Source: Escherichia phage LQ5
Strand: one strand, 5' to 3'
DNA length: 64,000 nucleotides
Sequence record: OR677401
Below the pieces are notes generated by a model, which was not told the origin of the DNA, ran no database searches, and saw nothing but the letters and a program-made list of their open reading frames with translations. The position numbers and the translations under genes were made by a program. Every line of letters begins with the position of its first letter. Within the stretch, counting starts at the first letter, position 1. Below, in pieces: positions 55,296 through 64,000 of the stretch.

Positions 55296-55303
55296 GGAAA
55301 ATA

Positions 55304-55542
55304 TGATTAAAGTAACTAAAGACCAATTTTATAAGTTGAAATTCGAAACCGAACATATTATTAAAGTCAACCAAAATAATATCAGCATTAGGCAAAAGGC
55401 CCATACTGTCCTGAACTCTCTTAAAGAGATTGAAAGTGATTTTATTGCAGTACAAAATCTGATGGACGACAATATCTCTTCGGTTTATATTGAAGACTAC
55501 ACCGTTGGCCAAATCCGAGACCTTATGAGGTACGTTAAATGA
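55304..55542 (+). CDS. hypothetical protein
   Basis: GAGGAAAA before ATG 55304. Confidence 0.55.
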
Positions 55543-56213
55543 AAGATATAATTATTGACTTTGAAACCTTTGCCACTACTCAAAATGCAGCGGTTATCGA
55601 CCTAGCCGTAATTGCTTACGACCCTAATCCAGAGGTTGTAGAAACGTTTGAAGAGCTTACTCAACGAGGCCTTCGTATTAAATTTGACCTCGCTTCTCAA
55701 CGTGATAAACGACTGTTTTCTAAAAGCACGTTGCAGTGGTGGAAAGAGCAAGGGCCTGAAGCGCGTAAAAACCTGGCTCCATCTGAAATTGATGTGTCCA
55801 CTTCTATTGGTCTCGGTAATTTCCTGGAATACTGCCGTAAAAACGAAGTAGACCAATGGAAATCCCAGATGTGGTGTCGTGGAATGTCCTTTGACTTTCC
55901 TATCTTAGTCGACCTTATTCGTGATGCTTATCGTTCTGAAGGGGTTCCTGAGAATGAAATCGATACCAGTAAATTAGAACCGGTTAAATTCTGGAACCAA
56001 CGTGACATCCGTACAGCTATTGAAGCATATTCACTAATTCGTGGATTGAGCATGTGTCCTCTGCCTAACGGAACATTGAATGGCTTTGTTGCTCATGACT
56101 CCATCCATGACTGTGCTAAGGATATCTTGATGCTTAAATATGCCCAACGTTATGCCTTAGGCCTGGAAGATGTCCCTGAGAATCCGGACCCATTAAGTAT
56201 AAAAAATCGATAA
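55539..56213 (+). CDS. dexA: exonuclease A (DEDDh)
   Basis: collinear with T4 DexA as recalled (IDFET ... AVIDLAVIA.DPNPEVVETF ... CRGMSFDFPILVDLIRD ... FVAHDSIHDCAKDILM). Confidence 0.9.
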   Translation: MKDIIIDFETFATTQNAAVIDLAVIAYDPNPEVVETFEELTQRGLRIKFDLASQRDKRLFSKSTLQWWKEQGPEARKNLAPSEIDVSTSIGLGNFLEYCRKNEVDQWKSQMWCRGMSFDFPILVDLIRDAYRSEGVPENEIDTSKLEPVKFWNQRDIRTAIEAYSLIRGLSMCPLPNGTLNGFVAHDSIHDCAKDILMLKYAQRYALGLEDVPENPDPLSIKNR

Positions 56214-56217
56214 AAGT

Positions 56218-56246
56218 GTTTACTTCTCCTCATGACATGATATTAT
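56218..56246 (+). promoter_or_regulatory. T4-type early promoter with SD-sequestering inverted repeat
   Basis: arms ttctcctcatg (56224-56234) and catgaggagaa (56259-56269), perfect 11 bp. Confidence 0.7.
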
Positions 56247-56273
56247 CTACCCTATCAACATGAGGAGAACAAA

Positions 56274-56783
56274 ATGAAAATTTATCGAGTGGAGTCATCG
56301 TTCAGTATCTTAGATAACAGCGATGTTATAGCAATCACTCACCAACAGTGCCGCCAATTAACACCGTATAGAGGCTCGTTTGATGAATGGAGCGAAGGTT
56401 GGTTATTAGAAGTAGGTTTCGACAAACCTAATTTTAGACACCACCATACCAATAATAAAAATATTCCACTACCAGGTCAAGACAAGTTGTTGGTGGAAAA
56501 TTCTAATAAAACCATTCGAACTAAGTGGAACCAGCCTGATTATGAAGGCTGTGATGATTATATTCCAGGTTGGTTTGTTAATCTCTACCATTTTGCTTTT
56601 GCCAGTGAGTATGATATGATGCGCTGGTTCACTCGTGAAGAGCGTGAAGAATTATCTTCTAAAGGATTCTATCTTGCCGTTTACGAAATCCCTGAAGATG
56701 AGGTTGTCATTGGTGGCCGCCAAGTAATGTTCCGCAAATCCCATGCTGAACTCGTAGATTTTATTGAATTGAGAACAATATGA
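56274..56783 (+). CDS. hypothetical protein
   Basis: ORF 169 aa. Confidence 0.65.
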   Translation: MKIYRVESSFSILDNSDVIAITHQQCRQLTPYRGSFDEWSEGWLLEVGFDKPNFRHHHTNNKNIPLPGQDKLLVENSNKTIRTKWNQPDYEGCDDYIPGWFVNLYHFAFASEYDMMRWFTREEREELSSKGFYLAVYEIPEDEVVIGGRQVMFRKSHAELVDFIELRTI

Positions 56784-57328
56784 AATTTAATTACAACCCT
56801 AAATACACCCCGAATCCGGCAGCTAAACTGATTGATTTTGATGTTTTAAGCACTTATGTATGCCCTGTTAAACCACTGGAAATTAAGGAACCTGCTATGA
56901 ATACTCAGACTATCGAAATCGGCAAAACCTACAAACTGGTTGAACCTGAAATTAAAACTAAGGCCTTGATTTCTGGCCATAAAACTCTGACTGAGGTTTT
57001 TGGCGAAGGCGAATTTATTGTTGAAGAATTTACCAAAAGTGAGTGGTTCTCTAAAGCCTATATTCTCCACGGCCGTCGTTTAGACAATAACAAAATTGAG
57101 CAAACCCTGGTTTATGAAGCAGAGTTAATCCTGTTCCAAGAAGTTGAAGAACAAGACCCTACCGACCTTCTAACTCGTGCTGTGTCTATCCGTCGTCCTT
57201 TTGATAATCCTATCTGTGGTTGGGTAACAGACCAGTGGGTTGAAGACGGTGTTGAGCTGCTGAACGTTGTACATGCTGGTGATTTTAGCGTAGTACCTCG
57301 TAGTGCAGTGGTTAATGTATTGAATTAG
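56780..57328 (+). CDS. hypothetical protein, paralogue A
   Basis: C-terminus GWVTDQWVEDGVELLNVVHAGDFSVVPRS shared with next gene. Confidence 0.65.
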   Translation: MKFNYNPKYTPNPAAKLIDFDVLSTYVCPVKPLEIKEPAMNTQTIEIGKTYKLVEPEIKTKALISGHKTLTEVFGEGEFIVEEFTKSEWFSKAYILHGRRLDNNKIEQTLVYEAELILFQEVEEQDPTDLLTRAVSIRRPFDNPICGWVTDQWVEDGVELLNVVHAGDFSVVPRSAVVNVLN

Positions 57329-57330
57329 TA

Positions 57331-57359
57331 GTTTACTTTATCGAGAGCCATGTTATAAT
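57331..57359 (+). promoter_or_regulatory. sigma70-like promoter with -10 inside a palindrome
   Basis: GTTTAC ... TATAAT; inverted repeat gagagccat (57344-57352) / atggctctc (57359-57367). Confidence 0.55.
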
Positions 57360-57401
57360 GGCTCTCATGGAGAATAAACTTATTAACCAAGAGAGAAAAT
57401 T

Positions 57402-57953
57402 ATGATTACTATCGGTGAAATTGTTCGTGTATCCAAAGAATCTCGCTCAAAAGCCGCAGGTCGTTTTGTTGAAGTTGCAGGTATTCGTACTAATTTAGTA
57501 GGCGGAATTAAAGAAGTTAAAGTGCGTATTATTCCTAAAAATGGCCATACCGAAACCGAATTTGCCTATGTGCATCCTAAATTCTTGGAATCGACTGAAT
57601 TTACTGGACACATCGCTCCTGTAGTTGAAGAAGTTGAATCCCATGATGGGTATGTATGTGAAAGCAATGATATCCGTGGCGTAGTAGCTCAAGACGTTGA
57701 AACTATTGACCAATCTCATGTTGGTGTTGATTTCAAATGGAAATTAGGTAAAGGTGTCTTTTTCGTTTCACCTAAACCGTTTGAATACAATTGCAAGTAT
57801 GGCCCGACTTATGAAACCACTAGTATGTCCGGTTACATCACAGACCAATGGGTTGAAGAAGGTGTTAAGCTGTATAACATCGTGTTCCTTGGCACCTTTA
57901 AAGTAGTTCCTGAAAGTTTTATTGTTGAGTACGCTGATATTCATTTTGCATAA
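57402..57953 (+). CDS. hypothetical protein, paralogue B
   Basis: C-terminus GYITDQWVEEGVKLYNIVFLGTFKVVPES. Confidence 0.65.
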   Translation: MITIGEIVRVSKESRSKAAGRFVEVAGIRTNLVGGIKEVKVRIIPKNGHTETEFAYVHPKFLESTEFTGHIAPVVEEVESHDGYVCESNDIRGVVAQDVETIDQSHVGVDFKWKLGKGVFFVSPKPFEYNCKYGPTYETTSMSGYITDQWVEEGVKLYNIVFLGTFKVVPESFIVEYADIHFA

Positions 57954-58025
57954 AGTTTAAAAACAGTATACACTATGGTAGGGTAGTGATACTATTACCC
58001 TATCAACAAATGAGAGGAAAATAAA

Positions 58026-58244
58026 ATGGCTAAAGTTACTGTGAACTCGACTCGTGAAGAATTTGAAGATGTTCTGTTCAACCCTGATTTAATCGTGGTT
58101 CAAAAGGAACATTCTGATACGTTTTCTCATTTATCGTCGGTTTATGTATACGAAAACCAAGGTGACAAAAATCCTATCTATGCAGTGTTCCGTGAAATCA
58201 CTGCTGAAGGCATTGACTACTGGAAGGAGACTTATAATGTCTAA
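58026..58244 (+). CDS. hypothetical protein
   Basis: ORF 72 aa. Confidence 0.55.
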   Translation: MAKVTVNSTREEFEDVLFNPDLIVVQKEHSDTFSHLSSVYVYENQGDKNPIYAVFREITAEGIDYWKETYNV

Positions 58245-58641
58245 TGAAGCTAAATTTGAAGCCGGTAAATGGTACTATTTTAAAGATGAGGCGGCCGAAG
58301 CTGAATTCCGTCGTAGAGATATCAATAATATTGTAGCCGATGTTATTATTGAAGGTGAAGGTTTTTCCCCGGTTAAAATTTCAAATGGATGTGTAATCAA
58401 CTTCGACCTGGTTTACGGCGATAATAAAGATATGGTTATATACGCTAGTGAGAGGAAATTTTTTACCGAAATGGTTGAAGTTGAGTGCGACGAAGAATTG
58501 GATGAAGACCGTGATTATGGCTACGATGATAGTGATGATCTGTCCGAACTAAGTGATTTCCCTTTGACTAAAATCACTATCTCTAATAATTCTGAAGCCT
58601 GGTCAGTTTTCCAGATGTTGAAAGCTCACTTTAAGGAATAA
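58237..58641 (+). CDS. hypothetical acidic protein
   Basis: GGAGA before ATG 58237. Confidence 0.55.
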   Translation: MSNEAKFEAGKWYYFKDEAAEAEFRRRDINNIVADVIIEGEGFSPVKISNGCVINFDLVYGDNKDMVIYASERKFFTEMVEVECDEELDEDRDYGYDDSDDLSELSDFPLTKITISNNSEAWSVFQMLKAHFKE

Positions 58642-58642
58642 T

Positions 58643-58819
58643 ATGCCACTTTATGATTACAAATGCCAATCTGAAGACTGTGCAAAAGAATACGAAAAAA
58701 TCAAGAAAATCTCTGAAAGAGATAATGATGTTTGTCCTGATTGCCATCGGCTGGCTGTTCGGTTAGTCTCGGCTCCTAAACATGTTAATGGCGGTTTTTA
58801 CGACCTGCTGACTAAGTGA
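58643..58819 (+). CDS. zinc-ribbon protein (58 aa, FmdB-like pattern)
   Basis: MPLYDYKCQSEDC ... CPDCH; below ORF-track cut-off. Confidence 0.5.
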   Translation: MPLYDYKCQSEDCAKEYEKIKKISERDNDVCPDCHRLAVRLVSAPKHVNGGFYDLLTK

Positions 58820-58825
58820 GAAATT

Positions 58826-59086
58826 ATGAAATATATTAATCGTTCTATTGCAGCTCTCGTATTAGCAGTTTCTTTGGTTGGATGTACTGATGCCGATAAT
58901 GCTACCCGTGTATTGGATGCAAATGGCTACGAACAAATCCAAATCACAGGATACAACCTATTTGGCTGCTCTGAAGATGATTTCCAACGTACAGGCTTTA
59001 TTGCTGTGGGTCCGACAGGTAAAAGGGTTGAAGGAACTGTTTGTTCCGGATTATTCTTTAAAAAGTCGACCATTCGATTTGATTAA
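58826..59086 (+). CDS. lipoprotein
   Basis: signal with lipobox LVGC. Confidence 0.6.
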   Translation: MKYINRSIAALVLAVSLVGCTDADNATRVLDANGYEQIQITGYNLFGCSEDDFQRTGFIAVGPTGKRVEGTVCSGLFFKKSTIRFD

Positions 59087-59104
59087 GGGCTTCGGCCCTT
59101 TTAT
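59086..59104 (+). terminator. probable rho-independent terminator
   Basis: gggc-ttcg-gccc then TTTTA. Confidence 0.55.
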
Positions 59105-59152
59105 GCTTTAAGTGAAATGGGATAATATTCTCCTACTACATGAGGAAATAAC

Positions 59153-60970
59153 ATGATTAAGAATGAAATTAAAGTACTGTCCGACATTGAACATATCAAA
59201 AAACGTAGTGGGATGTATATTGGCTCAAGTGCTAATGAAGCTCACGGTCGATTCCTGTTTGGTAATTTTACACAGGTAAACTATGTTCCTGGACTGGTTA
59301 AATTAATTGATGAAATCATTGATAACTCTGTCGATGAAGCTATTCGTACCAATTTTAAATTCGCAAATAAAATTGATGTTCAAATTAAGAATAACCAGGT
59401 TTCAGTTTCTGATAATGGTCGTGGTATTCCACAAGCAATGGTCACCGACCAAAATGGTGAACAGATTCCAGGTCCTGTAGCTGCATGGACTATTCCAAAG
59501 GCAGGTGGTAACTTTGGAGATGACGCTGAGCGTAAGACAGGCGGCATGAATGGTGTCGGTAGTAGTTTAACTAATATCTTCTCTGTTTTGTTCACAGGCA
59601 TCACCTCTGATGGCGAGAATGAAATTACAGTTAACTGTTCCAACGGAATGGAAAACAAAGGTTGGTCTACTAAGAAATCTAAAGGTAAGGGTACTTCGGT
59701 TATATTCACCCCAGACTTTAATCATTTCGAAGAAAATAGCCTGTCACAAATTTATCTGGATATTACATTAGACCGATTGCAAACTCTGGCCGTAATTTAT
59801 CCTGATATTCAATTTACTTTTAATGGTAAAAAAGTAGATGGCAACTTTAAAAAGTATGCTAAGCAATTTGGTGAAGACTTTGTAATCCAAGAAACTGATA
59901 ACGTTTCGATGGCATTCACTCCTTCTCCGGATGGATTTCGTCAACTGACTTATGTAAACAATATCCACACCAAGAATGGGGGTCATCATGTTGAATGCGT
60001 GTTTGATGATATCTGCGAACATCTCTTGCCAGGCATCAAGAAGAAATATAAAGGCATTGAAGTAACTAAAGCTCGTGTTAAAGAATGCCTTACGATGGTG
60101 ATGTTCATTCGTGATATGAGCAACATGCGTTTTGATTCACAGACTAAAGAACGTTTGACCTCTCCTTTTGGTGAGATTCGCAATCATATCCAAATTGATG
60201 CTAAGAAAATTGCTCAAGCCATTCTTAAAGTTGATGGGTTGATTATGCCTATCGTTGAAGCTGCTTTAGCACGTAAATTAGCAGCTGAAAAGGCTGCCGA
60301 AACTAAAGCCGCTAAGAAAGCTTCTAAAGCCAAGGTCCATAAGCATATTAAAGCTAACTTATATGGCAAAGATGCTGATACCACATTGTTCCTAACCGAA
60401 GGTGATTCCGCTATGGGTCCTTTCATTGAAGTTCGTAATAAAGACCTTCAAGGCGGTTACCCATTGCGTGGTAAGGTTATGAATACCTGGGGAATGACAG
60501 CAACAGATATCATGAAGAACAAGGAACTATTTGATATCTGTGCAATCACTGGATTGGTTATTGGTGAACCCGCAGAGAAAACCAACTATCGTAATATTGC
60601 TATTATGACCGATGCCGATGTGGATGGTACTGGTTCGATTTATCCATCATTGCTAGCCTTCTTTAGTCAATGGCCCGAATTGTTCGAACAAGGCCGAGTA
60701 CGGTTCTGTAAAACTCCGGTGATTATTGCTCAGGTTGGTAAAGAACAGGAATGGTTCTATGATGTGCCTAGTTATACCAAAGCTAAGGACTCTCTACCAA
60801 AACATTCTATTCGGTATATCAAAGGACTAGGTTCTCTTGAGAAAGCTGAATACCGTCGAATGATTCAAGACCCTAAATTTGATGTGGTTCAATTACCTGA
60901 AGATTGGAAAGAACAGTTCGAAATGCTCCTTGGTAATGACCCTCAACTCCGTAAGGCCTGGATGTCGTAA
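59153..60970 (+). CDS. 39: DNA topoisomerase II large subunit gp39, unsplit (includes the region T4 encodes as gene 60)
   Basis: GHKL ATPase N-terminus; C-terminal MTDADVDGTGSIYPSLLAFFSQWPELFEQGR continuous across the T4 gene 60 bypass junction. Confidence 0.9.
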   Translation: MIKNEIKVLSDIEHIKKRSGMYIGSSANEAHGRFLFGNFTQVNYVPGLVKLIDEIIDNSVDEAIRTNFKFANKIDVQIKNNQVSVSDNGRGIPQAMVTDQNGEQIPGPVAAWTIPKAGGNFGDDAERKTGGMNGVGSSLTNIFSVLFTGITSDGENEITVNCSNGMENKGWSTKKSKGKGTSVIFTPDFNHFEENSLSQIYLDITLDRLQTLAVIYPDIQFTFNGKKVDGNFKKYAKQFGEDFVIQETDNVSMAFTPSPDGFRQLTYVNNIHTKNGGHHVECVFDDICEHLLPGIKKKYKGIEVTKARVKECLTMVMFIRDMSNMRFDSQTKERLTSPFGEIRNHIQIDAKKIAQAILKVDGLIMPIVEAALARKLAAEKAAETKAAKKASKAKVHKHIKANLYGKDADTTLFLTEGDSAMGPFIEVRNKDLQGGYPLRGKVMNTWGMTATDIMKNKELFDICAITGLVIGEPAEKTNYRNIAIMTDADVDGTGSIYPSLLAFFSQWPELFEQGRVRFCKTPVIIAQVGKEQEWFYDVPSYTKAKDSLPKHSIRYIKGLGSLEKAEYRRMIQDPKFDVVQLPEDWKEQFEMLLGNDPQLRKAWMS

Positions 60971-61014
60971 TAAATATGTATGGTACTAATTGGTACCATA
61001 CAAAAGGAGACTTT

Positions 61015-61176
61015 ATGAGAAAGTACTGGGTTACGCTCGTCACCGGTGAATACGGTTATATCTGGACTGATACTAGACCTCAGTTTGCAGAATACGTGAC
61101 TATTACAGTCGAGACATGGGACGGCGAAGTTTACCAAACCCGCGGACAAGTCTATAAGGTCGATTCAAGTAACTAA
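61015..61176 (+). CDS. micro-protein (53 aa)
   Basis: AAGGAGA before ATG 61015. Confidence 0.4.
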   Translation: MRKYWVTLVTGEYGYIWTDTRPQFAEYVTITVETWDGEVYQTRGQVYKVDSSN

Positions 61177-61183
61177 ACTAATA

Positions 61184-61203
61184 AGGGCCTTCGGGCCCTT
61201 TTC
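61184..61203 (+). terminator. rho-independent terminator
   Basis: gggcc-ttcg-ggccc then TTTT. Confidence 0.7.
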
Positions 61204-61253
61204 GGGGTTTACAAAGACCTGTGGTTATGATAGGATTATCTAGAGGTGAGAAT

Positions 61254-61577
61254 ATGATTATGCAAGATAACAGTATAGTGAACACTGACAACCTGGCTCT
61301 ATCCTTTATGGAAACAGCCATACGAAATTGTAAGGACGAAGGAATAGTGACTACAAGCGGTAAGGGACTTGAATACCTTAAGGCTGTAAAATCTATTGCC
61401 TTAAAGATTAAAGATAACCAGGCGCTCTCTCCTGTGGTCCAGGAAAAGGTTTTAGAGATAATGTATCGCCATCGGGATCACAAGAGTACAATGGGTTCTA
61501 TGAGAAGAATTCTGGCTGAACTAGGTTCTACCAGAGAATATGTTCAACATGAGGTAGTTAAAAATGACAAACTTTAA
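61254..61577 (+). CDS. hypothetical protein
   Basis: GAGGTGAG before ATG 61254. Confidence 0.55.
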   Translation: MIMQDNSIVNTDNLALSFMETAIRNCKDEGIVTTSGKGLEYLKAVKSIALKIKDNQALSPVVQEKVLEIMYRHRDHKSTMGSMRRILAELGSTREYVQHEVVKNDKL

Positions 61578-61767
61578 AGTGAATATTGATTTGTTCGATA
61601 AAGCCGTCCATAAAGAATTCCGGTTAATCCAACGATTTTTTGATATCAATGCGGCTGAGGATTTTAAAGAACGCTTTAAAGAAATCAGATATAAAATACT
61701 CAACGACATCGCTACTAAGGACGAGCTCCTTGAAGTGGCAGACATTTTTAAACGTAACCTGAATTGA
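61564..61767 (+). CDS. hypothetical protein
   Basis: ORF 67 aa upstream of rIIA. Confidence 0.5.
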   Translation: MTNFKVNIDLFDKAVHKEFRLIQRFFDINAAEDFKERFKEIRYKILNDIATKDELLEVADIFKRNLN

Positions 61768-61774
61768 GAAAAAT

Positions 61775-63985
61775 ATGATTATTGAAACCGAAAAAGAACA
61801 AATCATTGGTAATGGTGCTAAGTCCACAGGCTTTACTATTCAGGCATCGCCTAAGGTCTTTAAAATTTTGTCATCAGACCTTTATAGTAATAAAGTACGT
61901 GCCGTAGTTCGTGAACTAATTACCAACATGATTGATGCCCATATTCTAAATGGTAATAAAGAACGTTGGAAAGTACAGGTTCCTGGTAAACTAGACCCTC
62001 GCTTTGTATGTCGTGATTTCGGTCCGGGTATGAGTGATTTCCAAATTCGTGGTGATGAAAACGAAACAGGTTTGTACAACTCTTATTTCGCATCATCCAA
62101 AACGGCTTCTAACGATTTCATCGGTGGCTTTGGCCTTGGTTCAAAATCTCCGTTCAGTTATACCGAAACGTTTAATATCACCTCATGGCATAACGGTGAA
62201 GTTCGTGGTTATGTAGCTTATATGGATGGTGATGGCCCGCAGATTAAACCTACTTTCGTAGAACCCATGCAGCCAGGTGATAAAACAGGTATCGAAATCA
62301 CGGTTCCTGTTGATGAAGAAGATTTCCGTAAGTTTGAAACTGAAGTTCGTTATATCATGCGGCCTTTCATTGGTCTTGGTGATGTAGACGGTGTTGAAGT
62401 TGATTATTTCCCTGAATTTGACGATTACCATCCTGTAACCACTACAAATTATGGCAGCTTCGAACGTTCAGGACTTTATGCAGTTTATGGTGGTATTGTT
62501 TATCCATTGGATTCCGCCTATAATAAAGGCACGTGGATGCGTACTCGCCATGATGTGGTTTATATTAAGTTCCCTATGGGTTCACTGGATATTGCTCCTT
62601 CTCGTGAAGTGTTGTCTCTTGATAAACGTACGATGGAAAATATTGCAACCCGTATCGAAGCACTGGATGCAGTGGTCTTTAAAAACGATACACAGGAATG
62701 GGTTGAATCTGATAATCCACGCCATGTTTATCGTGACCTTTCTAACCTTGGTTACAGTGCTCGTGACTATCTTACCAAAAAAGGTGGAACTAGCCTGTTT
62801 ACTACAGAAAAATTGACATATGAGAAATTATACCAGCGTTATACCCTTCAAAACGACCTTATTAATTTAGGTGTGGTTTACGAAGTCGTTTCAGACCCAC
62901 GTTTGAAACGAATTAAGTCAAGTGGTAATACTTCTTCGGTAGCAGGACTTAGTAATTTATTAGGCATTAATAAGAAAGAAATCCATGTTGTTTATGATGA
63001 TGAAAAAGGTCGTGTGCCGTTAGTTCGAGGTCTTTGGGCTCTGGCAATGGACAACAGTGCTTCGGCTAAGAAAATTGTTAAAGAGAACAATATTCCTAAA
63101 TACGGAACTGACCTTATTTTTGTCGACCCAAATTCAATGTTGCAAATGCAACAACTTGAAAAGGTTAAAGAACTTTTTAAAGGTGACATAATTCATTTTT
63201 ATAAAGTCTCTGAACTGAATAAAATTGTTAAGCCATGGATTCCGGTTACTGTCCGTTCATCAGAACCGCGCCCTAAAACACCAAGTGCTTATCGTTGGTT
63301 TATTAAAGACGGGCGCTGGCAACAAGAGACCATGTATTTGACTGCTGCCGAAGCAGAAGAAATTACAGGTTATGTTCTGTTTGGTAGCCGTTCTGATATC
63401 ATGGGAATGGATGAAGCTTATGGTATCTTTGACATCAATACCACTACCATGTGTCGTATGGCTAATTTGATTGGTGCTACCGAATTCCATATCATTCGCC
63501 CTCAGATTGCCAAAAAGATTAAAAAGTTAGGCCAGTGTGAATGCTTGATGGAAGCTACATTAGAAGCCTATGCCAAAGCTCTAGATGCGGTAGATGTTGA
63601 TGATTACCTTGGTAGTAATACCCGTGCTCGGTATTACCTTGAAATTATTGCCAAGTTCCCTGAGCTCGGTTTCATGACCAAGTATTTCAGTGATAAACCT
63701 GTGACTGAAGCATATACTCGTCTGAGTAATTTCTATGATATATTCCGTTATATGAATTTCCATGGTTATATCACTGATGACAAGCTTTCCGTTATCAAGA
63801 AAATTTGTAACAATACTTTTTTTAAGTTGACTGATAATGCTTCAAGCAACAATGATAAAATGACTGTACAGTTTGAATCTGATTACCATTTAGTTTCAGA
63901 CTACATGTATCGTCGTGGAACATCCATTACCGAGGCTTCTGTAGCTCAAATTGTTAAATTCATGAAAGCCGTGGAAGCGGCTTAA
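61775..63985 (+). CDS. rIIA: rIIA protein (membrane-associated, GHKL-like ATPase fold)
   Basis: collinear with T4 rIIA as recalled (KVFKILSSDLY.NK.RAVVRELITNMIDAH ... RFVCRDFGPGMSDF). Confidence 0.95.
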   Translation: MIIETEKEQIIGNGAKSTGFTIQASPKVFKILSSDLYSNKVRAVVRELITNMIDAHILNGNKERWKVQVPGKLDPRFVCRDFGPGMSDFQIRGDENETGLYNSYFASSKTASNDFIGGFGLGSKSPFSYTETFNITSWHNGEVRGYVAYMDGDGPQIKPTFVEPMQPGDKTGIEITVPVDEEDFRKFETEVRYIMRPFIGLGDVDGVEVDYFPEFDDYHPVTTTNYGSFERSGLYAVYGGIVYPLDSAYNKGTWMRTRHDVVYIKFPMGSLDIAPSREVLSLDKRTMENIATRIEALDAVVFKNDTQEWVESDNPRHVYRDLSNLGYSARDYLTKKGGTSLFTTEKLTYEKLYQRYTLQNDLINLGVVYEVVSDPRLKRIKSSGNTSSVAGLSNLLGINKKEIHVVYDDEKGRVPLVRGLWALAMDNSASAKKIVKENNIPKYGTDLIFVDPNSMLQMQQLEKVKELFKGDIIHFYKVSELNKIVKPWIPVTVRSSEPRPKTPSAYRWFIKDGRWQQETMYLTAAEAEEITGYVLFGSRSDIMGMDEAYGIFDINTTTMCRMANLIGATEFHIIRPQIAKKIKKLGQCECLMEATLEAYAKALDAVDVDDYLGSNTRARYYLEIIAKFPELGFMTKYFSDKPVTEAYTRLSNFYDIFRYMNFHGYITDDKLSVIKKICNNTFFKLTDNASSNNDKMTVQFESDYHLVSDYMYRRGTSITEASVAQIVKFMKAVEAA

Positions 63986-64000
63986 TCTAAGGAAATATTA

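Noticed and set aside
337-56260. Recurring motif of about 20 bp (gatactatagacctatcaa), superficially like repeats of a CRISPR array
   Set aside because: Copies are several kb apart, each sits 20-40 nt upstream of a gene start and is paired with a GTTTAC -35 element; this is a promoter consensus, not an array of repeats with spacers.
477-63763. Numerous minus-strand ORFs in the six-frame track (for example 477..821, 12981..13469, 17419..17799, 37711..38184, 40054..40488, 59380..59709)
   Set aside because: They lie entirely inside well-supported plus-strand genes, lack ribosome-binding sites and are typical antisense shadow ORFs in AT-rich DNA; only 48116..48316 has independent support.
1-64000. 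Prophage or integration features (integrase, att sites), rRNA and tRNA genes
   Set aside because: None recognised; gene content and order are those of a lytic T4-like replication and early region.

Overview
This 64 kb window reads as a contiguous early/middle-gene region of a T4-like (Tevenvirinae) myovirus, with almost every gene on the + strand and tightly packed. All identifications are by eye and from memory; no database search was run. The DNA polymerase (gp43) looks closest to the RB69 group. Recognisable T4 homologues, in order: nudE, lysozyme e, internal proteins, denV, tk, rI, nrdC, gp55, gp47/gp46, rpbA, gp45, gp44/gp62, regA, gp43, a TS-family hydroxymethylase (gp42 slot), uvsX, gp41, gp61, dCTPase gp56, soc, two Mod-type ADP-ribosyltransferases, dda, dexA, an unsplit topoisomerase gp39, and rIIA. 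The most interesting locus is 37576-41726, between gene 43 and uvsX: a nucleotidyltransferase/kinase fusion, a HAD phosphatase, a P-loop kinase, the hydroxymethylase and an orphan 297-aa ORF sit where T4 carries gene 42 and beta-glucosyltransferase, and no alpha-gt is present between genes 55 and 47. I infer a non-glucose sugar hypermodification of hydroxymethylcytosine that makes its own NDP-sugar donor. Other notable content: four homing-endonuclease-like genes (one HNH, three GIY-YIG-like), the only minus-strand gene in the window beside the HNH gene, many early-promoter cassettes whose -10 element sits inside an inverted repeat that can sequester the Shine-Dalgarno, a macro-domain protein, and a GC-rich structured non-coding island. 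No rRNA, tRNA or CRISPR array was found.
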